Of a DNA stretch of 64,000 bases, positions 1-14,629 are shown one piece after another. A program made the translations under genes and the position numbers. Numbering within the stretch: position 1 is the stretch's first letter; every line of letters starts with the position of its first letter. Source of the DNA: Pristiophorus japonicus (Eukaryota); NCBI RefSeq assembly GCF_044704955.1, contig NW_027253183.1:372001-436000 (forward strand), read 5' to 3'. Below the pieces are notes generated by a model. It ran no database searches. It worked only from the letters and a program-made list of their open reading frames with translations, and was not told where the DNA came from.

Positions 1-3000
1 GAGTAACATGGTATGGGGCAGTGGGGAAGGCATTGAGTAGCATGGTATGGCGCAGTGGGGAAGGCAGTGAGTAGCATGGTATGGAGACTGGGGAAGGCAA
101 TGAGTAGCATGGTATGGAGAGTGGGGAAGGCAGAGAGTAGCATGGTATGGGGCAGTGGGGACGGCAGTTAGCAGACATGGTATGGAGAGTGGGGTAGGCA
201 GTGAGTAGCATGGTATGGGGCAGTGGGGAAGGCAGTGAGCAGCATGGTATGGAGAGTGGGGAAGGCAGTGAGTAGCATGGTATGGGGCAGTGGGGAAGGC
301 AGTGAGCAGCATGGTATGGGGCAGTGGGGAAGCAGTGAGCAGCATGGTATGGGGCAGCGGGGAAGACAGTGAGTAGCATGGTATGGGGCAGTGGGGAAGG
401 CATTGAACAGCATGGTATGGGGCAGTGGGGAAGGCAGTGAGTAGCATGGTATGGAGAGTGGGGAAGGCAGTGAGTTGCATGGTATGGGGCAGTGGAGAAG
501 GCAGTGAGTAGCATGGTAAGGGCAGTGGGGAAGGCAGTGAGTAGCATGGTATGGGGCAGTGGGGAAGACAGTGAGTAGCATGGTATGGGGCAGCGGGGAA
601 GGCAGTGAGTAGCATGGTATGGGGCAGTGGGGATGGCATTGAACAGCATGGTATGGGGCAGTGGGGAAGGCAGTGAGTAGCATGGTATGGGGCAGTGGGA
701 AAGGCAGTGAGTAGTATGGTATGGGGCAGTGGGGAAGGCAGTGAGTAGCATGGTATGGGGCAGTGGGGAAGGCAGTGAGTAGCATGGTATGGGGCAGTGG
801 GGAAGGCAGTGAGTTGCATGGTATGGGGCAGTGGAGAAGGCAGTGAGTAGCATGGTAAGGGCAGTGGGGAAGGCAGTGAGCAGCATGGTATGGAGAGTGG
901 GGAAGGCAGTGAGTAGCATGGTATGGGGCAGTGGGGAAGGCAGTGAGCAGCATGGTATGGGGCAGTGGGGAAGCAGTGAGTCGCATGGTATGGGGCAGTG
1001 GGGAAGGCAGTCAGTAGCATGGTATGGGGCAGTGGGGAAGGCAGTGAGCAGCATGGTATGGAGATTAGGGAAGGCAGTGAGTAGCATGGTATGGGGCAGT
1101 GGGGAAGGCAGTGAGTAACTTGGTATGGGGCAGTGGGGAAGGCAGTGAGTAGCATGGGATGGGGCAGTGGGGAAGCAGTGAGTAGCATGGTATGAGGCAT
1201 TGGGGAAGGCAATGAGTAGCATGGTATGGGGCAGTGGGGAAGGCAGTGGGTAGCATGGTATGGGGCAGTGGGGAAGCAGTGAATAGCATGGTATGGGGCG
1301 GTGGGGAAGACAGTGAGTAGCATGGTATGGGGCAGTGGGGAAGCAGTGAGTAGCATGGTATGGGGCAGTGGAGAAGGCAGTGAGTAGCATGGTATGGGGC
1401 AGTGGGGAACGGTGAGTAGCATGGTATGGGGCAATGGGTAAGGCAGTGAGTAGCATGGTATGGGGCAGTGGGGAAGGCAGTGAGAAGCATAGTTTGGGGG
1501 AGTGGGAAAGGCTGTGAGTAGCATGATATGGGGCAGTGGGGAAGGCAGTGTGTAGCATGGTATGGGGCAGTGGGGAAGGCAGATAGTAGCATGGTATGGG
1601 GCAGTGGGGAAGGCAGTGAGTAGCATGGTATGGAGACTGGGGAAGGCAGTGAGTAGCATGGTATGGAGAGTGGGGAAGGCAGTGAGTAGCATGGTATGGG
1701 GCAGTGGGGAAGGCAGTGAGCAGCATGGTATGGAGAGTGGGGAAGGCAGTGAGTAGCATGGTATGGGGCAGTGGGGAAGGCAGTGAGCAGCATGGTATGG
1801 AGAGTGGAGAAGGCAGTGAGTAGCATGGTATAGTGCAGTGGGGAAGCAGTGAGTACCATGGTATGGGGCAGTGGGGTAGCAGTGAGTAGCATGGTATGGG
1901 GCTGTGGGGAAGGCAGTGACTAGCATGGTATGGGGCAGTGGGGAAGGCAGTGAGCAGCATGGTATGGAGATTGGGGAAGGCAGTGAATAGCATGGTATGG
2001 GGTAGTGTGGAAGGCAGTGAGTAACTTGGTATGGGGCAATGGGAAAGGCAGTGAGTAGTGTGGTATGGGGCAGTGGGGAAGGCTGTGAGCAGCATGGTAT
2101 GGGGCAGTGGGGAAGGCAGAGAGTAGCATGGTATGGGGCAGTGGGGAAGGCAGTGAGTAACTTGGTATGGGGCAGTGGGGAAGGCAGTGAGTAGCGTGGT
2201 ATGGGGCAGTGGGGAAGGCTGTGAGCAGCATGGTATTGGGCAGTGGGGAAGGCAGTGAGTATCATGGTATGGAGAGTGGGGAAGGCAGTGAGTTGCATGG
2301 TATGGGGCAGTGGGAAAGGCAGTGAGTAGCATGGTATGGGGCAGTGGGGAAGGCAGTGAGTAGCATGGTATGGGGCAGTGGGGAAGGCAGTGAGTAGCTG
2401 GGAATGGGGCAGTGGGGAAGGCAGTGAGTAGCATGGTATGGGGCAGTGGGGAAGCAGTGAGTAGCATGGTATGGAGAGTGGGGAAGCAGTGAGTAGCATG
2501 ATATGGGGCAGTGGGGAAGCAGTGAGTAGCATGGTATGGAGAGTGGGGAAGGCAGTGAGTAGCATGGTATGGGGTAGTGGGGAAGCAGTGAGTAGCATGG
2601 TATGGGGCAGTGGGGAAGCAGTGAGTAGCATGGTATGGGGCAGTGGGGAAGGCAGTGAGTAGCATGGTATGGGGCAGTGGGGAAGGCAGTGAGTAGCATG
2701 GTATGGGGCAATGGGGAAGGCAGTGAGTAGCGGGGCAGTGGGGAACAGTGAGTAGCATGGTATGGGGCAATGGGGAAGGCAGTGAGTAGCATGGTATGGA
2801 GACTGGGGAAGGCAGTGAATAGCATGATATGGGGCAGTGGGGAAGGCAGTGAGTAGCATGGTATGGGGCAGTGTGGAAGGCAGTGAGTAGCATGGTATGG
2901 GGCAGTGGGGAAGGCAGTGAGTAGCATGGTATGGGGCAGTGGGGAAGGCAGTGAGTAGCATGGTATGGGGCAGTGGGGAAGGCAGTGAGTAGCATCGTAT

Positions 3001-3527
3001 GGGGCAGTGGGGAAGGCAGTGAGTAGCATGCTATGGGGCAGTGGGGAAGGCAGTGAGTAGCATGGTATGGAGACTGGGGAAGGCAGTGAGTAGCATGATA
3101 TGGGGCAGTGGGGAAGGCAGTGAGTAGCATGGTATGGGGCAGTGGGGAAGGCAGTGAGTAGCATGGTATGGGGCAGTGGGGAAGGCAGTGAGTAGCATGG
3201 TATGGGGCAGTGGGGAAGGCAGTGAGTAGCATGGTATGGGGCAGTGGGGAAGGCAGTGAGTAGCATGGTATGGAGAGTGGGGAAGGCAGTGAGTAGCATG
3301 GTATGGGGCAGTGGGGAAGGCAGTGAGTAGCATGGTATGGGGCAGTGGGGAAGGCAGTGAGTAGCATGGTATGGGGCAGTGGGGAAGGCAGTGAGTAGCA
3401 TGGTATGGGGCAGTGGGGAAGGCAGTGAGTAGCATGGTATGGGGCACTGGGGAAGGCAGTGAGTAGCATGGTATGGGGTAGTGGGGAAGGCAGTGAGTAG
3501 CATGGTATGGGGCAGTGGGGAAGGCAG
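1..3527. repeat. 34-bp G-rich minisatellite, about 100 copies (runs off the window start)
   Basis: Unit GAGTAGCATGGTATGGGGCAGTGGGGAAGGCAGT with recurring variants such as GGAGAGT and a 33-bp unit. Confidence 0.97.
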
Positions 3528-3564
3528 TGGCCGCACAAAGGAGATGTTTTGACTTGCCTTGGAT

Positions 3565-3856
3565 GGGGGGGAGGAACTGTGGATTCGCGGAGGGGGGGAG
3601 AGTGTGGATTATTGAGCGGGGGCGGGGGGGAGGTGGACTCGGGGGGTGGGGGGGGTGGATTCAGGGGGTGGGGGAGAGTGTGGATTGAGCGGGGACGGAG
3701 GGGGTGGACTCGGGGGGTGGGGGGAGTGTGGATTGAGCGGGGACGGAGGGGGTGGACTCGGGGGGTGGGGGGAGTGTGGATTGAGCGGGGACGGGGGGGG
3801 TGGACTCGGGGGGTGGGGGGGGTGGACTCGGGGGGTGGGGGGGGGGGTGGATTCAC
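3565..3856. repeat. G-rich tandem repeat, about 48-bp unit
   Basis: Repeats of GAGTGTGGATTGAGCGGGGACGG...GGTGGACTCGGGGGG. Confidence 0.85.
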
Positions 3857-3961
3857 TGGACGCAGCCAAGATCTCACAAAGAGAGCTCAACAAGCTTCCC
3901 AGCTGGGCTGATTAATGATGAATGGTGTTCAGTAAGAATAAATGAAAGGTGCCGTATATAT

Positions 3962-4790
3962 CGGGAACGGTAGCATAGTGGTTTCTCATTGGATGAGTAA
4001 TCCAGAGGCCTGAATTAATGATCCAGAGACATGAGTTCAAATCCCACCACAGCCGCTGGGGAATTTAAATTCAGTGAATAAATAAATCTGGAATAAAAAT
4101 CCAGTGTCAGTAATGGTGACCATGAAACCACCGGATTGTCATAAAAACCCATCTGGTTCATTAATGGCCTTTAGGGAAGGAAATCTGCCGTCCTTGCCCG
4201 GTCTGGCCGATATGTGACTCCAGACCCAGTGCAATGTGGTTGACCCTTAACTGCCCTCTGAAATGTCTAAAAAGCCACTCAGTTGTCATCATCATCACAG
4301 GCAGTCCCTCGGAATCGAGGAAGACTTGCTTCCACTCGAGAAGTGAGTTCTCAGGTGACTGAACAGTCTAATACAGGAATTACAGTCTCTGTCACAGGTG
4401 GGACACACTGTGGTTGAAGGAAAGGGTGGATGGGACTGGTTTCCCGCACTCTCCTTCTGCTACCTGCGCTTGGTTTCTGCACGCTCTCGGCGACGAGACT
4501 CGAGGTGCTCAACGCCCTCCCGGATGCTCTTCCTCCACTTAGGGCGGTCTTTGGGCCAGGGATTCCCAGGTGCCAGTGGGGATGTTGCATTTTATCAGGG
4601 AGGCTTTGAGGGTGTCCTTGAAACGTTTCCTCTGCCCACCTGGGGCTCGCTTGCCGTGTCGGAGTTCCGAGTAGAGCACTTGCTCTCAGTTGTATAAGGC
4701 GGCTCACCACCTCCTTCTCTAAGGCAATTAGCGATGGGCAATAAATGCTGGCCTTACCGGCGATGCCCACGAATAAATGAATAAAAATAT
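3962..4790 (+). mobile_element. tRNA-derived SINE, split by an RTE insertion
   Basis: A-box-like GGTAGCATAGTGG, B-box-like GAGTTCAAATCCC and an AT-rich tail near 4775-4790. A related copy lies on the - strand at about 41265-41430. Confidence 0.7.
4287..4684 (-). mobile_element. RTE-clade LINE 3' fragment
   Basis: The minus frame reads SELRHGKRAPGGQRKRFKDTLKASL..., typical of the RTE C-terminus. (TGA)n tail. 9-bp TSD CTCAGTTGT at 4278-4286 and 4685-4693. Confidence 0.8.
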
Positions 4791-6073
4791 TGGAAATAAA
4801 CAACAGGAGGTAGCCGTGCTCCAGGGGAAGGACAGCACGTGTTGTGGGGTCGGTAAAGCAAACCCAGAACAATACTTTCAGATATAACCAGGGCAGGAGG
4901 GCACAGTCAGGATTGTAAAGGCCAAGTTCAGGACTCAGTTATTTGAAGACGGTGATCAAAAGCTGGAACAGGTTCCCAGGCGAGGCCAGAACACGGGACA
5001 GGTTTACAAACCGCTGGACGCTGCAATGGGACGATGGTAGTATTGGAATTCTGGAAGGATGAGATGAAGTGGACTGAGAGCCTTCTGTATCTGAACCCAC
5101 ATCAGAATCTTGTGTTGGGTATCGCACAATATTACTAAAACTGGCAACTTTTTACCTGATTTTCTGATCCTTGTTGTACCAACCTCCGTGGTAAAGGCAG
5201 CAAAGAACATATCCACAGCAGGAGTTCTGAGTTCAGTTGCAGTGTGTGTGTTTTTGGGCTGCCTGTTCACAGTGGGATTGTTGGTCAGTACAGGGCAATG
5301 TGGGACAGCTAAGCTCAGGATATGTTTGAACAACTCGGCTACAAATTACTGATGATACACATTGGGGCAGATATCCCGGCCTCCCTGAGTCTGTACGGAG
5401 TGTGTACGGACCGGGGAAGGCATCACAAAAGCCGGTTTTCGGTGTGCAATGCACATGTGCTGAAAACCAGCTTTGAAACATACAAAAACATGTAAAAATA
5501 AAGTTTAAAAAGCACATTTTAACGTTAAAAACCCTGTCCACTAAGGTCAGTTTATTTTAAACCATTATGAAAAATCTTTTAAAAAAAAGTTTGAAAAATA
5601 ATATTTTTTTCTAAGACATTTATTGACTTAAATTTAAATTAATCTTAAATATGTGATGTTTTTTCTATTTTTTACTTGTGTTTGGATGTTGGGGGGCAGT
5701 GTTTCTCAATCATAATGAGAACTCCTACTGACCGAGTTCCCATTATTATGAATGAGAAAATACTTGACCTGGATTGGCTGCCCAGTGCCATGTCACTCCA
5801 GCTCCAACATACATCCGTCCTGACAGACACACGCTCCGATGTGCAGGGAGAGTAGGCCTCAGGACCGGGATCTCTGGTGGGCGCAGCAGGAAAAGGTCGG
5901 TGCGCATCTTTTTTACCATTTTCTGTCGAGCGCCCGCGGGAAACCGAGGAGTGGGATTTCAGACCAATATCCATTCGCAAACACACAGGAGATTTTATAA
6001 TCACTTCGGTTTCAACTTATTACTTCATGTTGTTCCTCATCAGTTCTGATCATCAGTTATTTACTATTCACAG

Positions 6074-6421
6074 GTCTAAAGGCAAGTCCGGTTCTTATCC
6101 AGTCCCCAGAAGTTGTGACGGTGCCCGAGGGTGGGACGGTGCAGTTTCGGTGTACCCTGGAGAGCAGCAATGTGAATGTGGATAAATATACTGTACACTG
6201 GTACCTCTCACAGGATAGGAAACACAAAATATTTACTAAGTATGCAGGTGGCTGGGTTGACCGATCACGCGGTTTCTCTGAGCGGTTTCAGCTTTCCAGA
6301 GATGTTGCCAGTAACAGCGACATTCTGACCATCAGAGGCGTGCAGCGCAGAGACAGCGCGGTCTATATCTGTGGTATTTGGGGATCAATCTATGGAAAAG
6401 GAACCCGGCTGAATGTAACCA
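6074..6421 (+). CDS. Exon: V-set Ig domain 1 with fused J-like strand
   Basis: Acceptor ttcacag|GT, donor ACCA|gtaagt, 348 nt. Translation (G)[26 protein letters not shown]...VHWY...[46 protein letters not shown] shows the B-strand Cys, C-strand Trp, DxAxYxC and GxGT. Confidence 0.93.
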
Positions 6422-9400
6422 GTAAGTACTTTCTACATTATATCGGTTTTATATCTAATAATGTTACAATACCAACATCTCATGTGTAAGTAAATGTTGT
6501 ACAACGTTGTCACTTTTACAGTAACAACACTGAGTGGAATTTCTGAACACAGAATGGAGGGTGAAATCTGGGACAAACTCCATTTGTATTTAATTGAACA
6601 AAAGCGTGTGAGCACATGGTGGGACAAACCCTCACACACAGGATTTAACGGGAAAATACATGTTGAGGGAAAAGTGCAGTTATAGGAATAATGGTGACAT
6701 ACCTGGTTAAATCAGGATATTGACAGGGTATATATATATAAAACAATGCATCTCTTAGTGGCCAAATCTGCACTCATCAATGCAAATAAATGACCCCTCG
6801 ACCCTTTCCAAGCTGCAATACACCATCCTTCAGCCTGTTAATGTAATTCAGGAATATGCAATCCGCTTTCAGAATGGCTGGGCGGCAAAGTAATGCATCT
6901 CGTTTTGGAGTTGAAAGCCAGAAACTATTTAATAATAGAGTCCCGTGAGAAACTCGTCCGTGGGCCCGGAATGTGCCCAATACACACACGGGGAAAAAAA
7001 ACAACTTTCCAAAATCGGTCCCTCTGTCCCAGCTTCGAGTGGACATTCTGCGGTGAGCAGCTGGGAAGACCACAAGTGCCCATTGTAAACGGCCAAGCAA
7101 AAGGCACCAAGTGAGGACACGTGGGGATTCACCATGGGACTGAGTGACATCTATTTACATATTTCTCAGGGTATAATGAATCCACGCAGGCTCTCAACAC
7201 AACCTGAAAATACTTCAGATGTCTTCTCCCGCCGCATCTGTTGCACCCGGACCGCCTGCCCCATCCCGCGCTGCTTGTGCACTTGCTGCGGAGCACCGCC
7301 CCTCCAGTCTGACATTGAGTCAGTGTGACAGTGATTTCAGTGGGAATTAGATCGACATAAAGGCAGTGCAGGTGGAAGACATAGAAAATAGGTGCAGGAG
7401 CAGGCCATTCGGCCCTTCGAGCCAGCACTGCCATTCTATGAGTTCATGGCTGAACATGCAACTTCAGTACCACATTCCTGCTTTCTCACCATACCCCTTG
7501 ATCCCCCGAGTAGTAAGGACTTCATCGAACTCCTTTTTGAATATATTTAGTGAATTGGCCTCAACAACTTTCTGTGGTAGAGAATTCCACAGGTTCACCA
7601 CTCTCTGGGTGAAGAAGTTTCTCCTCATCTCGGTCCTAAATGGCTTACCCCTTATCCTTAGACTGTGACCCCTGGTTCTGGACTTCCCCAACATTGGGAA
7701 CATTCTTCCTGCATCTAACCTGTCTAAACCCATCAGAATTTTAAACGTTTCTATGAGATCCACTCTCATTCTTCTGACCTCCAGTGAATACAAGCCCAGT
7801 TGATCCAGTCTTTCTTGATATGTCAGTTCCGCCATCCCTGGAATCAGTCTGGTGAACCTTCGCTGCACTCCCTCAATAGCAAGAATGTCCTTCCTCAAGT
7901 TAGGAGACCAAAACTGCACACAATACTCCAGGTGTGACCTCACTGTAGTAACACCTCCCTGTCCCTGTACTCAAATCCGCTCGCTGTGAAGGCCAACATG
8001 TCATTTGCTTTCTTAACCGCCTGGTGTACCTGCATGCCAACCTTCAATGACTGATGTACCATGACACCCAGGTCTCGTTGCACCTCCCCTTTTCCTATCT
8101 GTCACCATTCTGGGCTGGGACCACAACTGTTTACAGTATACATAGATGACCTGGAAGAAGGGACAGAGTGTAGTGCAACAAAATTTGCAGATGACACAAA
8201 GAGTAGTGGGAAAGCGGGTTGTGTAGAGGACACAGAGAGGCTGCAAAGAGATTTAGATAGGTTAAGCGAATGGGCTAAGGTTTGGCAGATGGAATACAAT
8301 GTCGGAAAATGTGAGGTCATCCACCTTGGAAAAAAAAACATTAAAAGGGAATATTATTTGAATGGGGAGAAATTACAACATGCTGCGGTGCAGAGGGACC
8401 TGGGGGTCCTTGTGCATGAATCCCAAAAAGTTAGTTTGCAGCTGCAGCAGGTAATCAGGAAAGCGAATGGAATGTTGGCCTTCATTGTGAGAGAGATGGA
8501 GTACAAAAGCAGGGAGGTCCTGCTGCAACTGTACAGGGTATTGGTGAGGCCGCACCTGGAGTACTGCGTGCAGTTTTGGTCACCTTACTTAAGGAAGGAT
8601 ATACTAGCCTCGGAGTGGGTACAGAGATGATTCACTAGGCTGATTCCAGAGATGAGGGGGTTACCTTATGATGATAGATTGAGTAGACTGCGTCTTTACT
8701 CCTTGGAGTTCAGAAGGATGATCTTATAGAAACATTCAAAATAATGAAATGGATCGACAAGATAGAGGCGGAGAGGTTGTTTCCACTCATCGGGGAGACG
8801 AGAACTAGGGGGCACACAGCCTCAAAATACGGGTGAGCCAATTTAAAACTGAGTTGAGAAGGAATTTCTTCTCCCAGAGGGTTGTGAATCTGTGGAATTC
8901 TCTGCCCAAGGAAGCAGTTGAGGCTAGCTCATTGAATGTATTCAAATCACAGATAGATAGATTTTTAACCAATAAGGGAATTAAGGGTTATGGGGAGTGG
9001 GCGGGTAAGTGGAGCTGAGTCCACGGCCAGATCAGCCATGATCTTTTTGAATGGCGGAGCAGGCTCGAGGGGCTAGATGGCCTACTCCTGTTCCTAATTC
9101 TTATGTTCTTATTCAGATAATAGTCTGTCTCTCTGTTTTTACCACCAAAGTGGATAACCTCACATTTATCCACATTATACTTCATCTGCCATGCATTTGC
9201 CCACTCACCTAACCTATCCAAGTCACTCTACAGCCTCAGAGCAACCTCCTCGCAGCTCACACTGACACCCAACTTCGTGTCATCCGCAAATTTGGAGATA
9301 CTACATTTCATCCCCTTGTCTAAATCATTAATGTACAATGTAAACAGCTGGGGCCCCAGCACAGAACCTTGCGGTACCCCACTAGTCACTGCGTGCCATT

Positions 9401-12400
9401 CTGAAAAATACCCATTTACTCCTACTCTTTGCTTCCTGTCTGATAACCAGTTCTCAATCCACGTCAGCACACTACCCCCAATCCCATGTGCTTTAACTTT
9501 GCACATTAATCTGGTCGAAAGCCTTCTGAAAGTCCAAATACACCACATCAACTGGTTCTCCCTTGTCCACTCTACTGGAAACATCCTCAAAAAATTCCAG
9601 AAGATTTGTCAAGCATAATTTCCCTTTCACAAATCCATGCTGACTTGGACCTATCATGTCACCTCTTTCCAAATGCGCTGCTATGACATCCTTAATAATC
9701 GATTCTATCATTTTACCCACTATCGATGTCAGGCTGACCGGTCTATAATTCCCTGTTTTCTCTCTCCCTCTTTTTTTAAAAAGTGGGGTTGCATTGGCTA
9801 CCCTCCACTCCATAGGAACTGATCCAGAGTCTATGGAATGTTGGAAAATGACTGTTACTGCATCCGCTATTTCCAAGGCCATCTCCTTAAGTACTCTGGG
9901 ATGCAGTCCATCAGGCCCTGGGGATTTATCGGCCTTCAATACCATCAACTTCCCCAACACAGTTTCCCGAGTAATAAGGATTTCCCTCAGTTCCTCCTTC
10001 TTACTAGACCCTCTGACCCCTTTTATATCCGGAAGGTTGTTTGTGTCCTCCTTAGTGAATACCAAACCAAAGTACTTGTTCAATTGGTCTGCCATTTCTT
10101 TGTTCATCGTTATGCCTTCCCCTGATTCTGACTGCAGGGGACCTACGTTTGTCTTTACTAACCTTTTTCTCTTTACATATCTATAGAAGCTTTTGCAGTC
10201 CGTCTTAATTTTCCCTGCAAGCTACCTCTCGTACTCTATTTTCCCTGCCCTAATCAAACCCTTTGTCCTCCTCTGCTGAGTTCTAAATTTCTCCCAGTCT
10301 CCGGGTTCGCTGATATTTCTGGCCAATTTGTATGCCACTTCCTTGGCTTTAATACTATCCCTGATTTCCCTTGATAGCCACGGTTGAGCCACCTTCCCTT
10401 TTTTATTTTTATGCCAGACAGGGATGTTCAATTATTGTCGTTCATCCATGCGGTCTCTAAATGTCTGCCATTGCCCATCCACTGTCAACCCCTTAAGTAT
10501 CATTCGCCAATCTATCCTAGCGAATTCATGCCTCATACCTTCAAAATTACCCTTCTTTAAGTTCTGGACCATGGTCTCTGAATTAACTGTTTCATTCTCC
10601 ATCCTACTGTAGCATTCCACCATATTATGGTCACTCTTCCCCAAGGAGCCCCGCACAACGAGATTGCTAATTAATCCTCTCTCATTACACAACACCCAGT
10701 CTAAGATGGCCTCCCCCCGAGTTGGTTCCTCGACATGTTGCTCTAGAAAACCATCCCTTATGCACTCCAGGAAATCCTCCTCCACCTTATTGCTTCCAGT
10801 TTGGTTAGCCCAATCTATGTGCATATTAAAGTCACCCATGATAACTGCTACACCTTTATTGCATGCACCCCTAATTTCCTGTTTGATGCCCTCCCCAACA
10901 TCACTACTACTGTTTGGAGGTCTGTACACAACTCCCACTAACGTTTTTTGCCCTTTGGTGTTCTACAGCTCTACCCATATAGATTCCACATCATCCAAGC
11001 TAATGCCCTTCCTAACTATTGCATTAATCTCCTCTTTAACCAGCAATGCTACCCCACCTCCAAGACAAAAAACACTTGCATTTACAAAGCTCCTTTCACA
11101 TAATTGTCTCAAAGTGCTTCACAACAATGGAACTAGGGCGACCGGCACCAAGCCGTCAAGGAAGAAATTGGGAGAGGTGTCGGAAATGTTGGTCAAAATG
11201 ATGGGTTTTTGTAATGGTTTCTAAAGTTGGAGCGAGAAATGGAGAGTTGGAGGGTTCCTTGAGCAGTCTGCAATGGAACCAATCATGGGGCAGGCTATCT
11301 TAGATCTGGTCCTGTGTAATGAGACAGGATTAATAAACAATCTCCTAGTAAAGGATCCCCTTGGAATGAGTGATCATAACATGGTTGAATTTCAAATTCA
11401 GATGGAGGGTGAGAAAGTTGGATCTCAAACCAGCGTACTAAGCTTAATTACAGGAAACTACAAAGGTATGAGGGCAGAGTTGGCTAAAGTTAACTGGGAA
11501 AATAGATTAAAGTGTAGGACGGTTAATGAACAGTGACGTACATTTCAGGAGATAGTTCACAACTCTCAAGAAACATGCATTCCAGTGAGGAGGACAGGGT
11601 GTAAAAGAAAAGATAGCCATCCGTGGCTAACTAAAAAAAAAATAAAGGACGGTATCCAATTAAAAACAAGGGCATACAAAGTGGCCAAAACTAGTGGGAG
11701 GACAGAAGATTGGGAAGCTTTTAAAAGTCAGCAAAAAATGATTAAGAAAGGGAAGATAGACTATGAAAGTAAACTAGCTCGAAATATAAAAACAGATAAC
11801 AAGAGTTTCTATAGGTATATAAAAAGGAAAAGAGTGCCTAAAGTAAATGTTGGTCCCTTAGACGACGAGACCGGGGAATTAATAATGGGGCACATGGAGA
11901 TGGCAGAAACTCTGAACAAATATTTTGAATCAGTCTTTACGGTAGAGGACACGAACAATATCCCAATAGTGGATAGTCACGGGGCTATAGTGGGGAGAGG
12001 AAGTTTACACAATCACAGGCACTAGGAGGTGGTACTCAGTAAGATAATGGGACTAAAGGCTGATAAATCCCCTGGAACTGATGACTTACATCCTGGGGTC
12101 TTAAGAGAAGTAGCGCCAGGGATAGTGGATGCATTGGTTGTAATTTACCAAAATTCCCTGGATTCTGGGGACGTCTCAGCAGATTGGAAAACTGCAAATG
12201 TAACGCCCCTATTTAAAAAAGGAGGCAGACAAAAAGCAGGAAACTATAGACCAGTTATCCTAACATCTGTGGTTGGGAAAATATTGGAGTCCATTATTAA
12301 AGAAGCAGTAGCAGGACATTTAGAAAAGCATAATTTGGTCAGGATTTATGAAGGGGAAGTCATGTTTGACAAATTTGCTGGAATTCTTTGAGGATGTAAC

Positions 12401-14587
12401 GAACAGGGTGGATAAAGGGGAACCAGTGGATGTGGTGTATTTGGACTTCCAGAAGGCATTTGACAAGGTGCCACGTAAAAGGATACTGTACAAGATAAAA
12501 GTTAACGGGGTTGGGGGTAATATATTAGCATGGATAGAGGATTGGCTAACTAACAGAAAACAGAGAGTCGGAATAAATGGTTCATTCTCAGTTTGCCAAT
12601 CAGTAACTAGTGGGGTGCCACAGGGATCAATGCTGGGACCCCAACTATTTACAATCTATATTAATGACTTGGAAGAAAGGACCGAGTGTAACGGAGCCAA
12701 GTTTGCTGACGATACAAAGATGGGAGGAAAAGCAATGTGGACGGAGGACACAAAAATCTGCAAAAGGATGTTGACAGGCTAAGTGAGTGGGTAAAAATTT
12801 GGCAGATGGTGTACAATGTTAGAAAGCGTGAGGTCATGCACTTTGGCAGAAAGAAATCCAAGAGCAAGTTATTATTTAAATGGAGAAAAATTGCGAAGTG
12901 CTGCAGTACAGAGGGACCTGGGGGTACTTGTGCATGAACCACAAAAGGTAGAATGCAGGTACAGCAAGTGATCAGGAAGGCCAATGGAATCTTGGTCTTT
13001 ATAGCGAAGGGGATGGAGTATATAAGCAGGGAAATCTTGCTACAGTTACACAGGGTATTGGTGAGGTCACACTTGGAATACTGCGTGCAGTTTTGGTTTC
13101 CATATTTACAAAGGGACAGACTTGCTTTAGAGGCAGTTCAGAGCAGGTTCATTAGGTTGATTCTGGAGATGAGTGGGCTGACAAAGGTTGAGAAGGTTGG
13201 GCCTCTACTCATTGGAATTCAGAAGAATGAGAGGTGATCTTATCAAAACGTTTAAGACTATGAGAGGGCTTAACAAAGTGGATGCAGAGAGTATGTTTCC
13301 ACTGATAAGCGAGACTAGAACAAGGGGGCATAATCTTAGAATAAGGGGCCGCCCATTTAAAACTGAGATGAGGAGGAATTTCTTTTCTCAGAGGGTTGTA
13401 AATCTGTGGAATTTGCTGCCTCAGAGAGCTGTGGAAGCCGGGACATTGAATAAATTTACGACAGAGATAGACAGTTTCTTAACCGATAAGGGAATAAGGG
13501 GTTATGGGGAGCGGGCAAGGAAGTGGATCTGAGTCCATGATCGGATCAGCCATGATCGTATTAAATGGCGGAGCAGGCTCGAGGGGCCGTATGGCCTACT
13601 CCTGCTCCTATTTCTTATGTTGTTATGTAATGTATGAACCTGTGAGCAGGTTTGTATAGCTGTTGTCGATGGGTGCCGGAGGGACTGGAGTGCATCATCA
13701 CCCCCGGCAACCAAATTTTAATTTGATCTTAATGTCCAAAGTTTAATTTGTTTAAGTTTGTCGGTTTTAGTACCCCCTCCCTTTTAGCCAGGGGGCAATT
13801 GTATAATTAGTGTTTTGGTGCCCTCAGGAAAAAAAAACACAGGGGGCACCATAAATGTTTTGGAGTGTCCCCCCCCCTTTAATCAGGGGGCACTTGATTG
13901 TTTTCTATAAAATAGTTGCTAATATATTTAGCTGTTGTGGGAGTGTTTCAGCCACTTGTGAGTTGGGAGCCTGTGGAGAAGGAGCTGCTACAACTATCTG
14001 TCTGCCTGCCACCAGAGTCTCTCGGAGAGGAGGAAGAGGCCTGCTGGATTAACACCTTGAGAGGGAGGAGGACCAAGAGCTGCTCGCTTCAACACCCCTG
14101 CGACAGAGTTGGAGAGAGGGGAAGAGAACAAACTACAAACTGTCACACCATCATCTGTGTGAAAGGAGGCAGAGCCATTTACAACACCGACAGGTGGCTG
14201 CACTCTCCAAAAAATACTTTAGTTTGTAGGTGGGGGGAGGAGAGACCATTTAGGCCGGAACATTGTGGGGGTTTGTGTGTGTGTAAGGGTGTGGGGTTCT
14301 TGTGAATAACTAGGCCCCACACACCACTAAAACACCCCTCTCCCCATTGCCTGGCCCAGGACAGCTCGAGCTGCCTGGGTAATTAACTCCCTTAATTAAC
14401 ATCATTAAGACCTGGTGGAGGATGGTACCTGGGGAGTTCCAGCTATCCTGGGTGAAGACATCTTCTTCCCCCACCCGAAGACCATCGATAAAGACTTTGT
14501 TTACCTTCGGAGAGTGCACCCCTGCCAGCACCCACCCAACACTGTGAGGGGTGACCCTGCCCTCACAGCTTCCCTCTTTCCCACCCC

Positions 14588-14629
<42 letters not shown>

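Noticed and set aside
168-3536. Long Pro/His/Cys-rich ORFs (up to 424 aa)
   Set aside because: They are translations of the 34-bp minisatellite, whose C-rich strand is poor in stop codons.
5110-5352. ORF with a hydrophobic stretch as a candidate leader exon
   Set aside because: No ATG close to the hydrophobic segment, and the nearby GT donor is phase 0, whereas V1 needs phase 1.
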